Origin: Bacillus subtilis subsp. subtilis str. 168
GTDB lineage: Bacteria > Bacillota > Bacilli > Bacillales > Bacillaceae
Length of the DNA: 32,000 nucleotides
Assembly: GCF_000009045.1 (NCBI RefSeq)
Contig: NC_000964.3
Location: 810,001 to 842,000, forward strand
Direction of reading: 5' to 3'
Below are positions 1 through 7,809 of this stretch, piece by piece (the stretch's first letter is position 1; every line of letters starts with the position of its first letter). The notes beneath the pieces were generated by a model that worked only from the letters and a program-made list of their open reading frames with translations, was not told the DNA's origin and searched no databases. The position numbers and the translations under genes are program-made.

Positions 1-1446
1 GTCAACGACGTAACAAAACCGGTCAATGAGCTCTCAGGCGGCCAGAAAAAACGGGTGGCCATTGCCAAAAACTTAATTCAGCCCGCTGATTTGCTCATTT
101 TGGACGAGCCGACAAACCATTTGGATAATGAAACGATTGAGTGGCTTGAAGGGTATTTAAGCCAATATCCCGGCGCCGTCATGCTGGTGACGCACGATAG
201 ATATTTCTTAAACCGTGTCACCAACCGCATTTATGAGCTTGAAAGAGGCAGCCTCTACACTTACAAAGGCAACTATGAAGTGTTTTTAGAAAAACGCGCG
301 GAACGGGAAGCGCAGGCTGAGCAAAAGGAAACGAAGCGGCAAAACCTGCTGCGCCGCGAACTGGCTTGGCTCAGACGAGGAGCGAAAGCCCGCTCCACAA
401 AACAAAAAGCGAGAATTGACCGGGTAGAGACGCTTAAAGAGCAGACAGGCCCTCAGTCATCAGGTTCACTCGATTTTGCCATTGGCTCGCACCGTCTCGG
501 AAAACAGGTTATTGAAGCGGAGAACGTCATGATCGCTTATGACGGCCGCATGCTCGTCGACCGTTTTAATGAACTTGTCATACCAGGTGAACGGATCGGG
601 ATCATCGGGCCGAACGGCATCGGGAAAACAACGCTGTTAAATGCCCTTGCCGGCCGTCATACGCCGGACGGAGGCGATATTACGATCGGACAGACGGTCA
701 GAATCGGCTACTATACTCAGGATCATAGTGAAATGAACGGTGAGTTAAAAGTCATTGACTATATAAAAGAAACGGCGGAGGTCGTAAAAACGGCAGATGG
801 CGATATGATTACAGCTGAACAAATGCTCGAGCGTTTCCTCTTCCCGCGTTCGATGCAGCAGACGTATATCCGCAAGCTGTCCGGCGGGGAAAAACGCCGT
901 TTATACTTGCTTCAGGTTCTCATGCAGGAGCCGAATGTCCTGTTTCTCGATGAGCCGACGAACGATTTGGATACTGAAACATTAAGCGTTCTTGAGGATT
1001 ATATTGACCAGTTCCCAGGCGTCGTCATCACCGTATCCCATGACCGCTATTTCCTTGACCGCGTCGTCGACCGTTTGATTGTATTTGAAGGAAATGGTGT
1101 CATTTCCCGCTTTCAAGGCTCCTATAGCGACTATATGGAGGAGTCAAAAGCGAAAAAAGCGGCCCCAAAACCGGCAGCTGAGGAAAAAACGGCTGAAGCC
1201 GAGCCGAAGAAAAAACGGAAAAAGCTTTCTTACAAAGACCAGTTGGAATGGGACGGCATCGAAGATAAAATTGCCCAGCTGGAAGAAAAGCATGAACAGC
1301 TTGAAGCTGACATCGCCGCAGCAGGCAGTGATTTTGGCAAAATCCAAGAGCTGATGGCCGAGCAGGCGAAAACGGCGGAAGAGCTTGAGGCTGCGATGGA
1401 CCGCTGGACAGAATTGTCCCTCATGATCGAAGAACTGGAAAGCTAA
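1..1446 (+). CDS. yfmR: ABC-F family ATPase (ribosome-associated type), 5' end cut by window edge
   Basis: Frame 1 is open from nt 1. The ABC signature LSGGQKKRVAIA lies before the first Met at 55. A second cassette has Walker A GPNGIGKTT and signature LSGGEKRR. There are no TM segments and the tail is Lys/Glu-rich. Stop at 1444-1446 is followed by a terminator. Confidence 0.9.
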   Translation, partial: VNDVTKPVNELSGGQKKRVAIAKNLIQPADLLILDEPTNHLDNETIEWLEGYLSQYPGAVMLVTHDRYFLNRVTNRIYELERGSLYTYKGNYEVFLEKRAEREAQAEQKETKRQNLLRRELAWLRRGAKARSTKQKARIDRVETLKEQTGPQSSGSLDFAIGSHRLGKQVIEAENVMIAYDGRMLVDRFNELVIPGERIGIIGPNGIGKTTLLNALAGRHTPDGGDITIGQTVRIGYYTQDHSEMNGELKVIDYIKETAEVVKTADGDMITAEQMLERFLFPRSMQQTYIRKLSGGEKRRLYLLQVLMQEPNVLFLDEPTNDLDTETLSVLEDYIDQFPGVVITVSHDRYFLDRVVDRLIVFEGNGVISRFQGSYSDYMEESKAKKAAPKPAAEEKTAEAEPKKKRKKLSYKDQLEWDGIEDKIAQLEEKHEQLEADIAAAGSDFGKIQELMAEQAKTAEELEAAMDRWTELSLMIEELES

Positions 1447-1448
1447 AA

Positions 1449-1478
1449 AGCGTGGCCGCAGCAGGCCGCGCTTTTTTT
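1449..1478 (+). terminator. Rho-independent terminator after yfmR
   Basis: GC-rich inverted repeat gcgtggcc...ggccgcgc followed by a T7 run. Confidence 0.8.
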
Positions 1479-1568
1479 CACATAATGGACAAAAACGAAC
1501 CGGCCTGCTTATGTTAGGATAAAGTTGTGTGTCAGCGGCACATGGAAAACTAACGGAGATGATGAAGT

Positions 1569-2015
1569 ATGACATGGGCGATCGTGATGTTAATTCTCAT
1601 GAGTCTGGTGAAAATCGTATTAACCTGTCTTCCTACAGGCGTCATAGAATGGCTGCTCGGCAAATTTGAAGTGCACGCCAAGCTGAGTGACGAAAATGCG
1701 AGTCTCTCTCTAGATGGAAAACGCCTCGAGGGTGCAGAGAAGCAGAAAGTGATTGATCAATTTAACGAAGCTATCTTCCTGGAAAAATATTATATCTATC
1801 CAGGTGATGAAGAGCGTTATTTACATCCGGAAAACGGCGGCACGCCTCTGGTGATAGATACAAAAAAAGGAAAAAAAGACGTGAAGCTGTTCGTGTACCG
1901 CTACGACGACCATATCGACGTCGTGAAACAGTACAAGAAGAAAGTGATCGCGTATCGAGTGCTTTCTGAAAGCCTTCAAAAAGAGTCTCTGTCAGTGGCG
2001 GGAAGTTTAGCTTAA
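1569..2015 (+). CDS. yfmQ: Small protein of unknown function with N-terminal hydrophobic segment
   Basis: 148-aa ORF with GGAG-type SD (aacggagatgatgaagt) before the ATG. The position matches the B. subtilis map. Confidence 0.8.
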   Translation: MTWAIVMLILMSLVKIVLTCLPTGVIEWLLGKFEVHAKLSDENASLSLDGKRLEGAEKQKVIDQFNEAIFLEKYYIYPGDEERYLHPENGGTPLVIDTKKGKKDVKLFVYRYDDHIDVVKQYKKKVIAYRVLSESLQKESLSVAGSLA

Positions 2016-2028
2016 ACAGGAAAGTGAA

Positions 2029-2060
2029 AGACGGGTGCTGTATGCTGCTCGTCTTTTTTA
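2029..2060 (+). terminator. Terminator after yfmQ
   Basis: Imperfect stem agacgggtgctg / gctgctcgtct followed by a T6 run. Confidence 0.6.
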
Positions 2061-2073
2061 TTGTTTTTTAAAA

Positions 2074-2109
2074 CTTAACGTTTACGTTAAGGTTCAAAAG
2101 GTGTATAAT
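2074..2109 (+). promoter_or_regulatory. MerR-type operator palindrome plus -10 box of the yfmP-yfmO promoter
   Basis: Perfect inverted repeat CTTAACGT-tt-ACGTTAAG at 2074-2091, immediately upstream of TATAAT at 2104-2109. An operator inside the promoter is typical of MerR-family autoregulated promoters. Confidence 0.65.
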
Positions 2110-2139
2110 GGTAACAGAAACGGCGAAGGGGGATTTACC

Positions 2140-2562
2140 TTGGAATGGATGAAGATTGATCAAGTGGCCAAAAGAAGCGGGCTGACAAAGCGGACCATCC
2201 GGTTTTATGAAGAAATCGGCTTGATTCCGGCGCCGAAACGGACAGACGGCGGTGTAAGGCTTTATTCAGAGGATGATATGGAGGAGCTTGAGAAAGTCAT
2301 CAGCACAAAAGAGGTGCTCGGTTTTTCCCTTCAGGAGCTTCAGCATTTCATGGAAACCAGCCGCCAGCTAGAGTTAAACAAAGAGGGGTATTTGTTGTCA
2401 CTGGATCCTAAGGAACGGAAAGAAAAACTGGAGGAAATTCAGGAAACCCTGAATCACCAGCTGGATTTGATTGATGAGAAAATCCGCACATTCCAAAGCT
2501 TTAAAGAACGCCTGCAGGGCATGAAAGGCAAAGCGGAACGCGCCATTCAATCAATCGAATGA
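2140..2562 (+). CDS. yfmP: MerR-family transcriptional regulator
   Basis: N-terminal HTH MKIDQVAKRSGLTKRTIRFYEEIGLIP and a C-terminal coiled coil. I chose the TTG at 2140 because AAGGGGGA (2126-2133) lies 6 nt upstream. The ATG at 2149 is the alternative. The ORF-track start at 2035 lies inside the terminator and promoter. Confidence 0.85.
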   Translation: MEWMKIDQVAKRSGLTKRTIRFYEEIGLIPAPKRTDGGVRLYSEDDMEELEKVISTKEVLGFSLQELQHFMETSRQLELNKEGYLLSLDPKERKEKLEEIQETLNHQLDLIDEKIRTFQSFKERLQGMKGKAERAIQSIE

Positions 2563-2572
2563 AAAGTTTGTT

Positions 2573-2600
2573 AAACGCTATTTTTGTAGCGTTTCTTTTA
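2573..2600 (+). terminator. Intra-operon hairpin between yfmP and yfmO (possible partial terminator)
   Basis: 8-bp stem AAACGCTA / TAGCGTTT (2573-2594) followed by cttttaat. Confidence 0.45.
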
Positions 2601-2627
2601 ATGGAATAAAGATGGAGGTTAGGTCAA

Positions 2628-3818
2628 ATGGATAAGACAACACAAGTGAATCAGAAAACGGGTTTGCTCAGCCAGCCAAAAGCGGTATGGGCTGTCGCGT
2701 TTGCCTGTGTGATTTCTTTTATGGGAATCGGGCTGGTCGATCCAATTCTTCCGGCCATTGCCGCACAATTGCATGCTTCACCTAGTGAAGTATCACTCTT
2801 GTTTACAAGTTATTTGCTTGTAACCGGATTTATGATGTTTTTCTCAGGAGCCATTTCCAGCCGCATCGGCGCGAAATGGACATTAATTCTCGGACTTATT
2901 TTTATTATTGTGTTTGCGGGGCTTGGCGGCAGCTCAAGCTCAATCGCTCAGTTAGTCGGCTATCGCGGCGGCTGGGGATTAGGGAATGCTTTGTTTATTT
3001 CAACAGCGCTTGCGGTCATCGTTGGCGTGTCAGTCGGCGGCAGCGCCCAAGCGATTATTTTGTATGAGGCCGCGCTCGGTCTCGGGATTTCTGTCGGGCC
3101 GCTTGCAGGCGGAGAGCTCGGAAGCATTTCATGGCGCGCACCGTTTTTTGGAGTATCTGTCCTGATGTTTATTGCGTTAATCGCGATTTCTTTCATGCTT
3201 CCGAAGCTGCCGAAACCGGCGAAACGCGTCGGTGTGTTTGATGCGATGAAGGCACTCAAATATAAAGGCCTGCTGACAATGGCGGTATCGGCATTCCTAT
3301 ACAACTTTGGATTTTTTATTTTGCTAGCTTATTCTCCGTTCGTACTGGATTTAGATGAACACGGTCTTGGATATGTCTTCTTCGGCTGGGGCCTTCTGCT
3401 GGCGATTACGTCAGTCTTTACGGCGCCGCTCGTGCACAAAGCGCTGGGCACAGTGCGTTCGCTAGTCGTTCTCTTTATCGCCTTTGCGGCCATTCTCGTT
3501 ATTATGGGGATCTGGACAGACCATCAGACTTTGATTATTACATGTATCGTTGTCGCTGGTGCTGTCCTCGGTATGGTGAATACGATCATGACAACCGCTG
3601 TGATGGGTTCTGCGCCGGTTGAACGTTCAATCGCGTCTTCAGCCTACAGCTCAGTCCGCTTCATCGGCGGCGCGCTCGCCCCGTGGATTGCAGGAATGCT
3701 GTCAGAACACTTTACTGCAAGCACACCATATACAGTAGGCGGAATCGTCGTTTTTGTCGGCATGCTTGTCCTTCTCATGGGACGTAAACATCTTGCTGGA
3801 ATTAAGGCGGGGCATTAA
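2628..3818 (+). CDS. yfmO: MFS efflux transporter (12 TM type)
   Basis: 396-aa highly hydrophobic ORF with SD gatggagg 8 nt upstream. It sits downstream of the MerR regulator. Confidence 0.9.
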   Translation: MDKTTQVNQKTGLLSQPKAVWAVAFACVISFMGIGLVDPILPAIAAQLHASPSEVSLLFTSYLLVTGFMMFFSGAISSRIGAKWTLILGLIFIIVFAGLGGSSSSIAQLVGYRGGWGLGNALFISTALAVIVGVSVGGSAQAIILYEAALGLGISVGPLAGGELGSISWRAPFFGVSVLMFIALIAISFMLPKLPKPAKRVGVFDAMKALKYKGLLTMAVSAFLYNFGFFILLAYSPFVLDLDEHGLGYVFFGWGLLLAITSVFTAPLVHKALGTVRSLVVLFIAFAAILVIMGIWTDHQTLIITCIVVAGAVLGMVNTIMTTAVMGSAPVERSIASSAYSSVRFIGGALAPWIAGMLSEHFTASTPYTVGGIVVFVGMLVLLMGRKHLAGIKAGH

Positions 3819-3823
3819 TAACG

Positions 3824-3855
3824 AAAGACACTGCGCATATGCAGTGTCTTTTTAT
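3824..3855 (+). terminator. Terminator after yfmO
   Basis: Stem aaagacactgc / gcagtgtcttt with loop gcatat, followed by a T-run. Confidence 0.85.
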
Positions 3856-4108
3856 TCGTTATAATGCATCATAATCGAATTGGTGCAGGAAAGGACAACC
3901 TTTATGACACAATTTTACTATTTTCCGGCTGAAAACTCCCTTTAGAAACCGGTTTTTTCGGTCAGCAAGAACGGCGTTCGCGGAAAGGGCATCCGCTTCG
4001 GTCAGGCATTGATGCGGCTGGGATTTATCTTGCAGAAGCTGAGAATGTGTCCGTTCATTTACGATTGCCATTTCAGTGATGGTTCATGCTGTAGAGGGGA
4101 CGTTTGCC

Positions 4109-4347
4109 ATGGATAAGGCAAAACCTGACGAATATGATCAGAAATGTTTAGAAACGCTCTATCAATACATACACAGCGTCATGAAAAACAGCTTTTCTCG
4201 GTCGAGTGGTTTACCGCTTGGGAAGATGAGGAGGATTTTGAGCTGTCTGCCAAAAGAGAGCTGACACTTGATGAATTCACATCTCCATTGCAGCTCATTT
4301 TAAAAGACAGAGAGCTTTTGAGAATCGTTCAGAAAAAATGGCAGTAA
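4109..4347 (+). pseudogene. yfmN: Small acidic protein gene split over two reading frames (candidate frameshift at an A5 run)
   Basis: SD AGAGGGGA (4093-4100) lies 8 nt before the ATG at 4109. This frame reads MDKAKPDEYDQKCLETLYQYIHSVMKN... and stops at 4264. The overlapping -1 frame reads ...QLFSVEWFTAWEDEEDFELSAKRELTLDEFTSPLQLILKDRELLRIVQKKWQ and stops at 4347, directly in front of a strong terminator. The frames can be joined at aaaaa 4184-4188. Confidence 0.45.
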
Positions 4348-4378
4348 AAAACCCGCCCTTTAGCAGGCGGGTTTTTTT
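4346..4378. terminator. Bidirectional terminator shared by yfmN and yfmM
   Basis: Stem acccgcc / ggcgggt flanked by an A5 run and a T7 run. Confidence 0.85.
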
Positions 4379-4383
4379 ATAAA

Positions 4384-5940
4384 TTAAAGCACTTTCGTCG
4401 TCCAAGACTCGCAGTTCCACGTTTCTGTCGCAATATCCATATAAAAGTCTGGCTCGTGGGAAATGAGCAGAATGGAGCCTTTATATTCTTTCAGGGCGCG
4501 CTTGAGCTCTTCCTTGGCATCGGCATCCAAGTGGTTTGTCGGCTCATCGAGCACCAGCAGGTTTGTTTCTGAGTTGATTAGCTTGCACAATCTGACTTTC
4601 GCTTTTTCGCCTCCGCTTAATACGGAGACGCGGCTTTCGATATGCTTTGTCGTCAGCCCGCATTTTGCCAGAGCGGCACGGATTTCATACTGCGTATAAG
4701 AAGGGAATTCGCTCCATACTTCTTCGATGCACGTATTGTTGTTTGTTTCCTTGACCTCTTGCTCGAAATAGCCGGTATAGATGTGCTCACCGCGTTCAAC
4801 AGAGCCTTCGAGCGGCTGGATTTCACCAAGCAAACTTTTCAGCAATGTCGTTTTTCCGATCCCATTCGCGCCGTAAAGGGCGATTTTTTGGCCGCGCTCC
4901 ATGCGGAGGTTGAGCGGACGGGACAGCGGGGAATCGTAACCGATCACGAGATCCTTCGTTTCAAAAATCAGCTTGCCTGACGTTCTCGCCGGCTTAAAGT
5001 GGAATTCCGGCTTTGGCTTTTCTGCCGCAAGCTCGATCATATCCATCTTATCGAGTTTCTTTTGGCGGGACATCGCCATGTTTCTCGTGCTGACACGCGC
5101 TTTGTTGCGGGCGACGAAATCCTTCAGCTCCGCGACTTCCTGCTGCTGCTTTTTGTAGGCCGCTTCAAGCTGCTGTTTTTTCACCTCGTAGACTTCCATA
5201 AACTGATGGTAGTCGCCGACATAACGTGTCAGCTCTTGATTTTCAACGTGATAAATCAGGTTGATGACACTATTCAAGAACGGAATATCGTGGGAAATCA
5301 GGATGAACGCGTTCTCGTATTCCTGCAGGTAGCGTTTCAGCCATTCAATATGCTGTTCATCAAGATAGTTGGTCGGCTCATCGAGAAGCAGAATTTCCGG
5401 CTTTTCAAGGAGAAGCTTAGCGAGAAGGACCTTTGTGCGCTGTCCGCCGCTCAAATCGGTGACATCTCGCTCTAAACCGATATCGCTCAAACCGAGACCG
5501 CGGGCGATTTCTTCCACCTTGGAATCAATGACATAAAAATCATTGTTTGTCAGCGCGTCTTGAATGACGCCGACTTCTTCAAGCAGCTTCTCGAGCTCGT
5601 CGGGATCAGCCTCGCCCATTTTGTTGTAAATCTCGTTCATTTCCTCTTCCATCGCAAATAAATAATGGAATGCGTCTTTCAGGACGTCGCGAATGGATTT
5701 TCCTTTTTCCAGCACGGTATGCTGATCAAGGTATCCGACACGGACATTTTTTGACCATTCGACTTTTCCCTCATCAGGTTCAAGCTTTCCGGTAATAATA
5801 TTCATGAAGGTTGATTTTCCTTCACCGTTTGCGCCGATCAAGCCGACGTGCTCGCCTTTTAACAGGCGGAAGGAAACGTTATTAAAAATGGCCCGGTCCC
5901 CGAAACCGTGGCTTAAATCCTTTACAGATAAAATACTCAT
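4384..5940 (-). CDS. yfmM: ABC-F family ATPase
   Basis: Two ABC cassettes (GANGEGKST and GANGIGKTT; LSGGQRTK and LSGGEKAK) and no TM domain. Start is Met58 of the tracked ORF (MSILSVKDL), with SD agaggtg 7 nt upstream, giving 518 aa. Confidence 0.9.
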   Translation of the reverse strand: MSILSVKDLSHGFGDRAIFNNVSFRLLKGEHVGLIGANGEGKSTFMNIITGKLEPDEGKVEWSKNVRVGYLDQHTVLEKGKSIRDVLKDAFHYLFAMEEEMNEIYNKMGEADPDELEKLLEEVGVIQDALTNNDFYVIDSKVEEIARGLGLSDIGLERDVTDLSGGQRTKVLLAKLLLEKPEILLLDEPTNYLDEQHIEWLKRYLQEYENAFILISHDIPFLNSVINLIYHVENQELTRYVGDYHQFMEVYEVKKQQLEAAYKKQQQEVAELKDFVARNKARVSTRNMAMSRQKKLDKMDMIELAAEKPKPEFHFKPARTSGKLIFETKDLVIGYDSPLSRPLNLRMERGQKIALYGANGIGKTTLLKSLLGEIQPLEGSVERGEHIYTGYFEQEVKETNNNTCIEEVWSEFPSYTQYEIRAALAKCGLTTKHIESRVSVLSGGEKAKVRLCKLINSETNLLVLDEPTNHLDADAKEELKRALKEYKGSILLISHEPDFYMDIATETWNCESWTTKVL

Positions 5941-5998
5941 GTTTACACCTCTATCGTTATCAAACACGCACAATCGGCGTGTAATATTCACCCTTTTG

Positions 5999-6027
5999 AT
6001 TATAAAGGAGGATTCGGAATGTTGAAA
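5999..6027 (-). promoter_or_regulatory. Putative sigma-A promoter of yfmM
   Basis: On the minus strand there is a perfect TATAAT (5999-6004) and a weak -35 TTTCAA (6022-6027) with a 17-nt spacer. A T-rich tract lies upstream. Confidence 0.4.
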
Positions 6028-6102
6028 GGTATAGGAAAGAAAAAGAAAAATTGCGTTCCGGGCGAGGTTTTGAGATACTATGGAATAGATTTCAGGAATT
6101 GA
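6019..6102 (+). CDS. Candidate 27-aa upstream ORF (MLKGIGKKKKNCVPGEVLRYYGIDFRN) preceding yfmL
   Basis: Perfect SD AAGGAGGA (6005-6012) lies 6 nt before the ATG at 6019. The TGA at 6100-6102 overlaps the yfmL SD (GAGGAG 6101-6106). It is too short for the ORF track. Confidence 0.35.
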   Translation: MLKGIGKKKKNCVPGEVLRYYGIDFRN

Positions 6103-6112
6103 GGAGAACAAA

Positions 6113-7243
6113 ATGACGCAAACTTGGCCATTTTTACATAATGCACAATCATTTATACAAGAGAATTGGAATGCTTCCGGCTTTCAAAAGCCAACCCCTG
6201 TTCAGGAGCAGGCAGCCCAGCTGATCATGGACGGAAAGGATGTCATTGCAGAATCGCCGACAGGCACAGGGAAGACGCTGGCGTATGCGCTGCCGGTCTT
6301 GGAGCGGATCAAACCAGAGCAAAAGCATCCGCAGGCGGTGATTTTAGCGCCTTCCCGTGAGCTGGTCATGCAGATTTTTCAGGTGATTCAGGATTGGAAA
6401 GCGGGCTCAGAGCTGCGCGCGGCTTCCTTAATCGGCGGGGCGAATGTGAAGAAACAGGTCGAAAAGCTGAAGAAACATCCGCATATCATCGTCGGCACGC
6501 CAGGCAGGGTGTTTGAACTGATTAAAGCGAAGAAACTCAAAATGCATGAAGTGAAAACGATCGTGCTTGATGAAACGGATCAGCTCGTCCTGCCGGAGCA
6601 TCGCGAAACGATGAAGCAAATCATTAAAACAACATTAAGAGACCGCCAGCTTCTATGTTTTTCTGCCACGCTCAAAAAGGAAACAGAGGACGTGCTCCGC
6701 GAATTGGCGCAAGAGCCTGAGGTGTTGAAGGTGCAGCGAAGCAAGGCGGAGGCAGGGAAAGTGAAGCATCAATACCTGATTTGCGACCAGCGCGACAAAG
6801 TGAAGCTGCTGCAAAAGCTGTCAAGGCTTGAAGGCATGCAGGCACTCGTATTTGTGAGAGACATTGGCAACCTGAGTGTATATGCGGAAAAACTGGCATA
6901 TCACCACGTTGAACTCGGCGTTTTGCACAGTGAAGCGAAAAAAATGGAGCGAGCGAAAATCATTGCCACATTCGAAGACGGAGAGTTTCCTCTTTTATTG
7001 GCGACTGACATTGCCGCACGCGGTTTAGATATTGAAAACCTGCCATACGTGATTCATGCTGATATTCCAGATGAAGATGGCTATGTCCACAGATCAGGAC
7101 GAACAGGCCGGGCCGGAAAAGAAGGCAACGTGCTGAGCCTTGTGACAAAATTGGAGGAATCTAAGCTGAAAAAAATGGCGAAGAAGCTTGGTGTTGAGCT
7201 GAGTGAAGCTGTGTATGCAGGCGGAAAACTGAAGACGAAATAA
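6113..7243 (+). CDS. yfmL: DEAD-box ATP-dependent RNA helicase
   Basis: Q-motif GFQKPTPVQ, motif I SPTGTGKT, motif II DETD (a DEAD variant), SAT, and HRSGRTGRAG. SD gaggag. Confidence 0.92.
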   Translation: MTQTWPFLHNAQSFIQENWNASGFQKPTPVQEQAAQLIMDGKDVIAESPTGTGKTLAYALPVLERIKPEQKHPQAVILAPSRELVMQIFQVIQDWKAGSELRAASLIGGANVKKQVEKLKKHPHIIVGTPGRVFELIKAKKLKMHEVKTIVLDETDQLVLPEHRETMKQIIKTTLRDRQLLCFSATLKKETEDVLRELAQEPEVLKVQRSKAEAGKVKHQYLICDQRDKVKLLQKLSRLEGMQALVFVRDIGNLSVYAEKLAYHHVELGVLHSEAKKMERAKIIATFEDGEFPLLLATDIAARGLDIENLPYVIHADIPDEDGYVHRSGRTGRAGKEGNVLSLVTKLEESKLKKMAKKLGVELSEAVYAGGKLKTK

Positions 7244-7270
7244 AAAGAAGGGCGAAGAGCCCTTTTTTTG
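7244..7270 (+). terminator. Terminator after yfmL
   Basis: Stem aagggc / gccctt followed by a T7 run. Confidence 0.7.
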
Positions 7271-7310
7271 TTGTAAAATAATAGAAAAGATTTTGCGCGG
7301 AGGTGGGAAA

Positions 7311-7757
7311 ATGGCTTCAATAGACAGGTTTCAAGTAATGCAGGAGCCAGAGCTGAAAATCCTTGAACACTGGTTTGAGAATGAGGATACCAGACGGAGA
7401 ATGGATGGGATGCTGCTATTAGATGAGTGGTATGCACGAGTAAATAAAGATAAACACGATACTGTCATCATGGCGTATGATGGACAGCTGCCGGCAGGGA
7501 TGGTCGTTATTGAGTTCGGAGAGGAGCGGACATATATTGGATTGATCGTCAATCCTTTGTACCGGCTTAAAGGGTATGGAAAACAGATACTGCAAAAGCT
7601 GATGACCGAACCTGATTTTACTAGCGTGCGAGAATGGGTGGCATGCATTGAAGAAGACAATCGAATCAGTTTAGCTTGCTTTCAAGCAGCAGGATTCACT
7701 TTAGAAGACACGGAACCTGATGAAGATGGTTTTCTTACGCTGATTCTTCGCAACTGA
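7311..7757 (+). CDS. yfmK: GNAT-family N-acetyltransferase
   Basis: 148 aa counted from the ATG at 7311, with SD ggaggtgg 4-5 nt upstream. The acetyl-CoA binding-type motif is LYRLKGYGKQIL. Confidence 0.85.
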   Translation: MASIDRFQVMQEPELKILEHWFENEDTRRRMDGMLLLDEWYARVNKDKHDTVIMAYDGQLPAGMVVIEFGEERTYIGLIVNPLYRLKGYGKQILQKLMTEPDFTSVREWVACIEEDNRISLACFQAAGFTLEDTEPDEDGFLTLILRN

Positions 7758-7771
7758 TCTCATCGAAACAC

Positions 7772-7800
7772 AAAAGGAGGGCAAAAAGCCCTCCCGTTTT
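7772..7800. terminator. Bidirectional terminator between yfmK and yfmJ
   Basis: Stem ggagggc / gccctcc flanked by A- and T-runs. Confidence 0.8.
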
Positions 7801-7809
7801 CATCTTCAT

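Noticed and set aside
1144-1575. 143-aa antisense ORF, plus smaller ones, over the 3' end of yfmR.
   Set aside because: It is the mirror image of the Lys/Glu-rich, A/G-rich coding tail of yfmR. It gives a low-complexity Phe/Leu/Arg product, has no SD, and crosses the yfmR terminator.
3859-4071. 70-aa minus-strand ORF in the yfmO-yfmN gap.
   Set aside because: There is no SD upstream of its start and no terminator. It would read into the yfmO terminator. I left the region as non-coding promoter space for yfmN.
4384-6111. N-terminal extensions of tracked ORFs. Examples are yfmM from 6111, yfmJ from 8907, yfmD from 15781, yfmC from 16809, yfmP from 2035, yflN from 25662 and citT from 22449.
   Set aside because: The extensions run through promoters, terminators or upstream genes and lack an SD. 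In each case an internal start with a good SD gives a sensible N-terminus, so I used that one.
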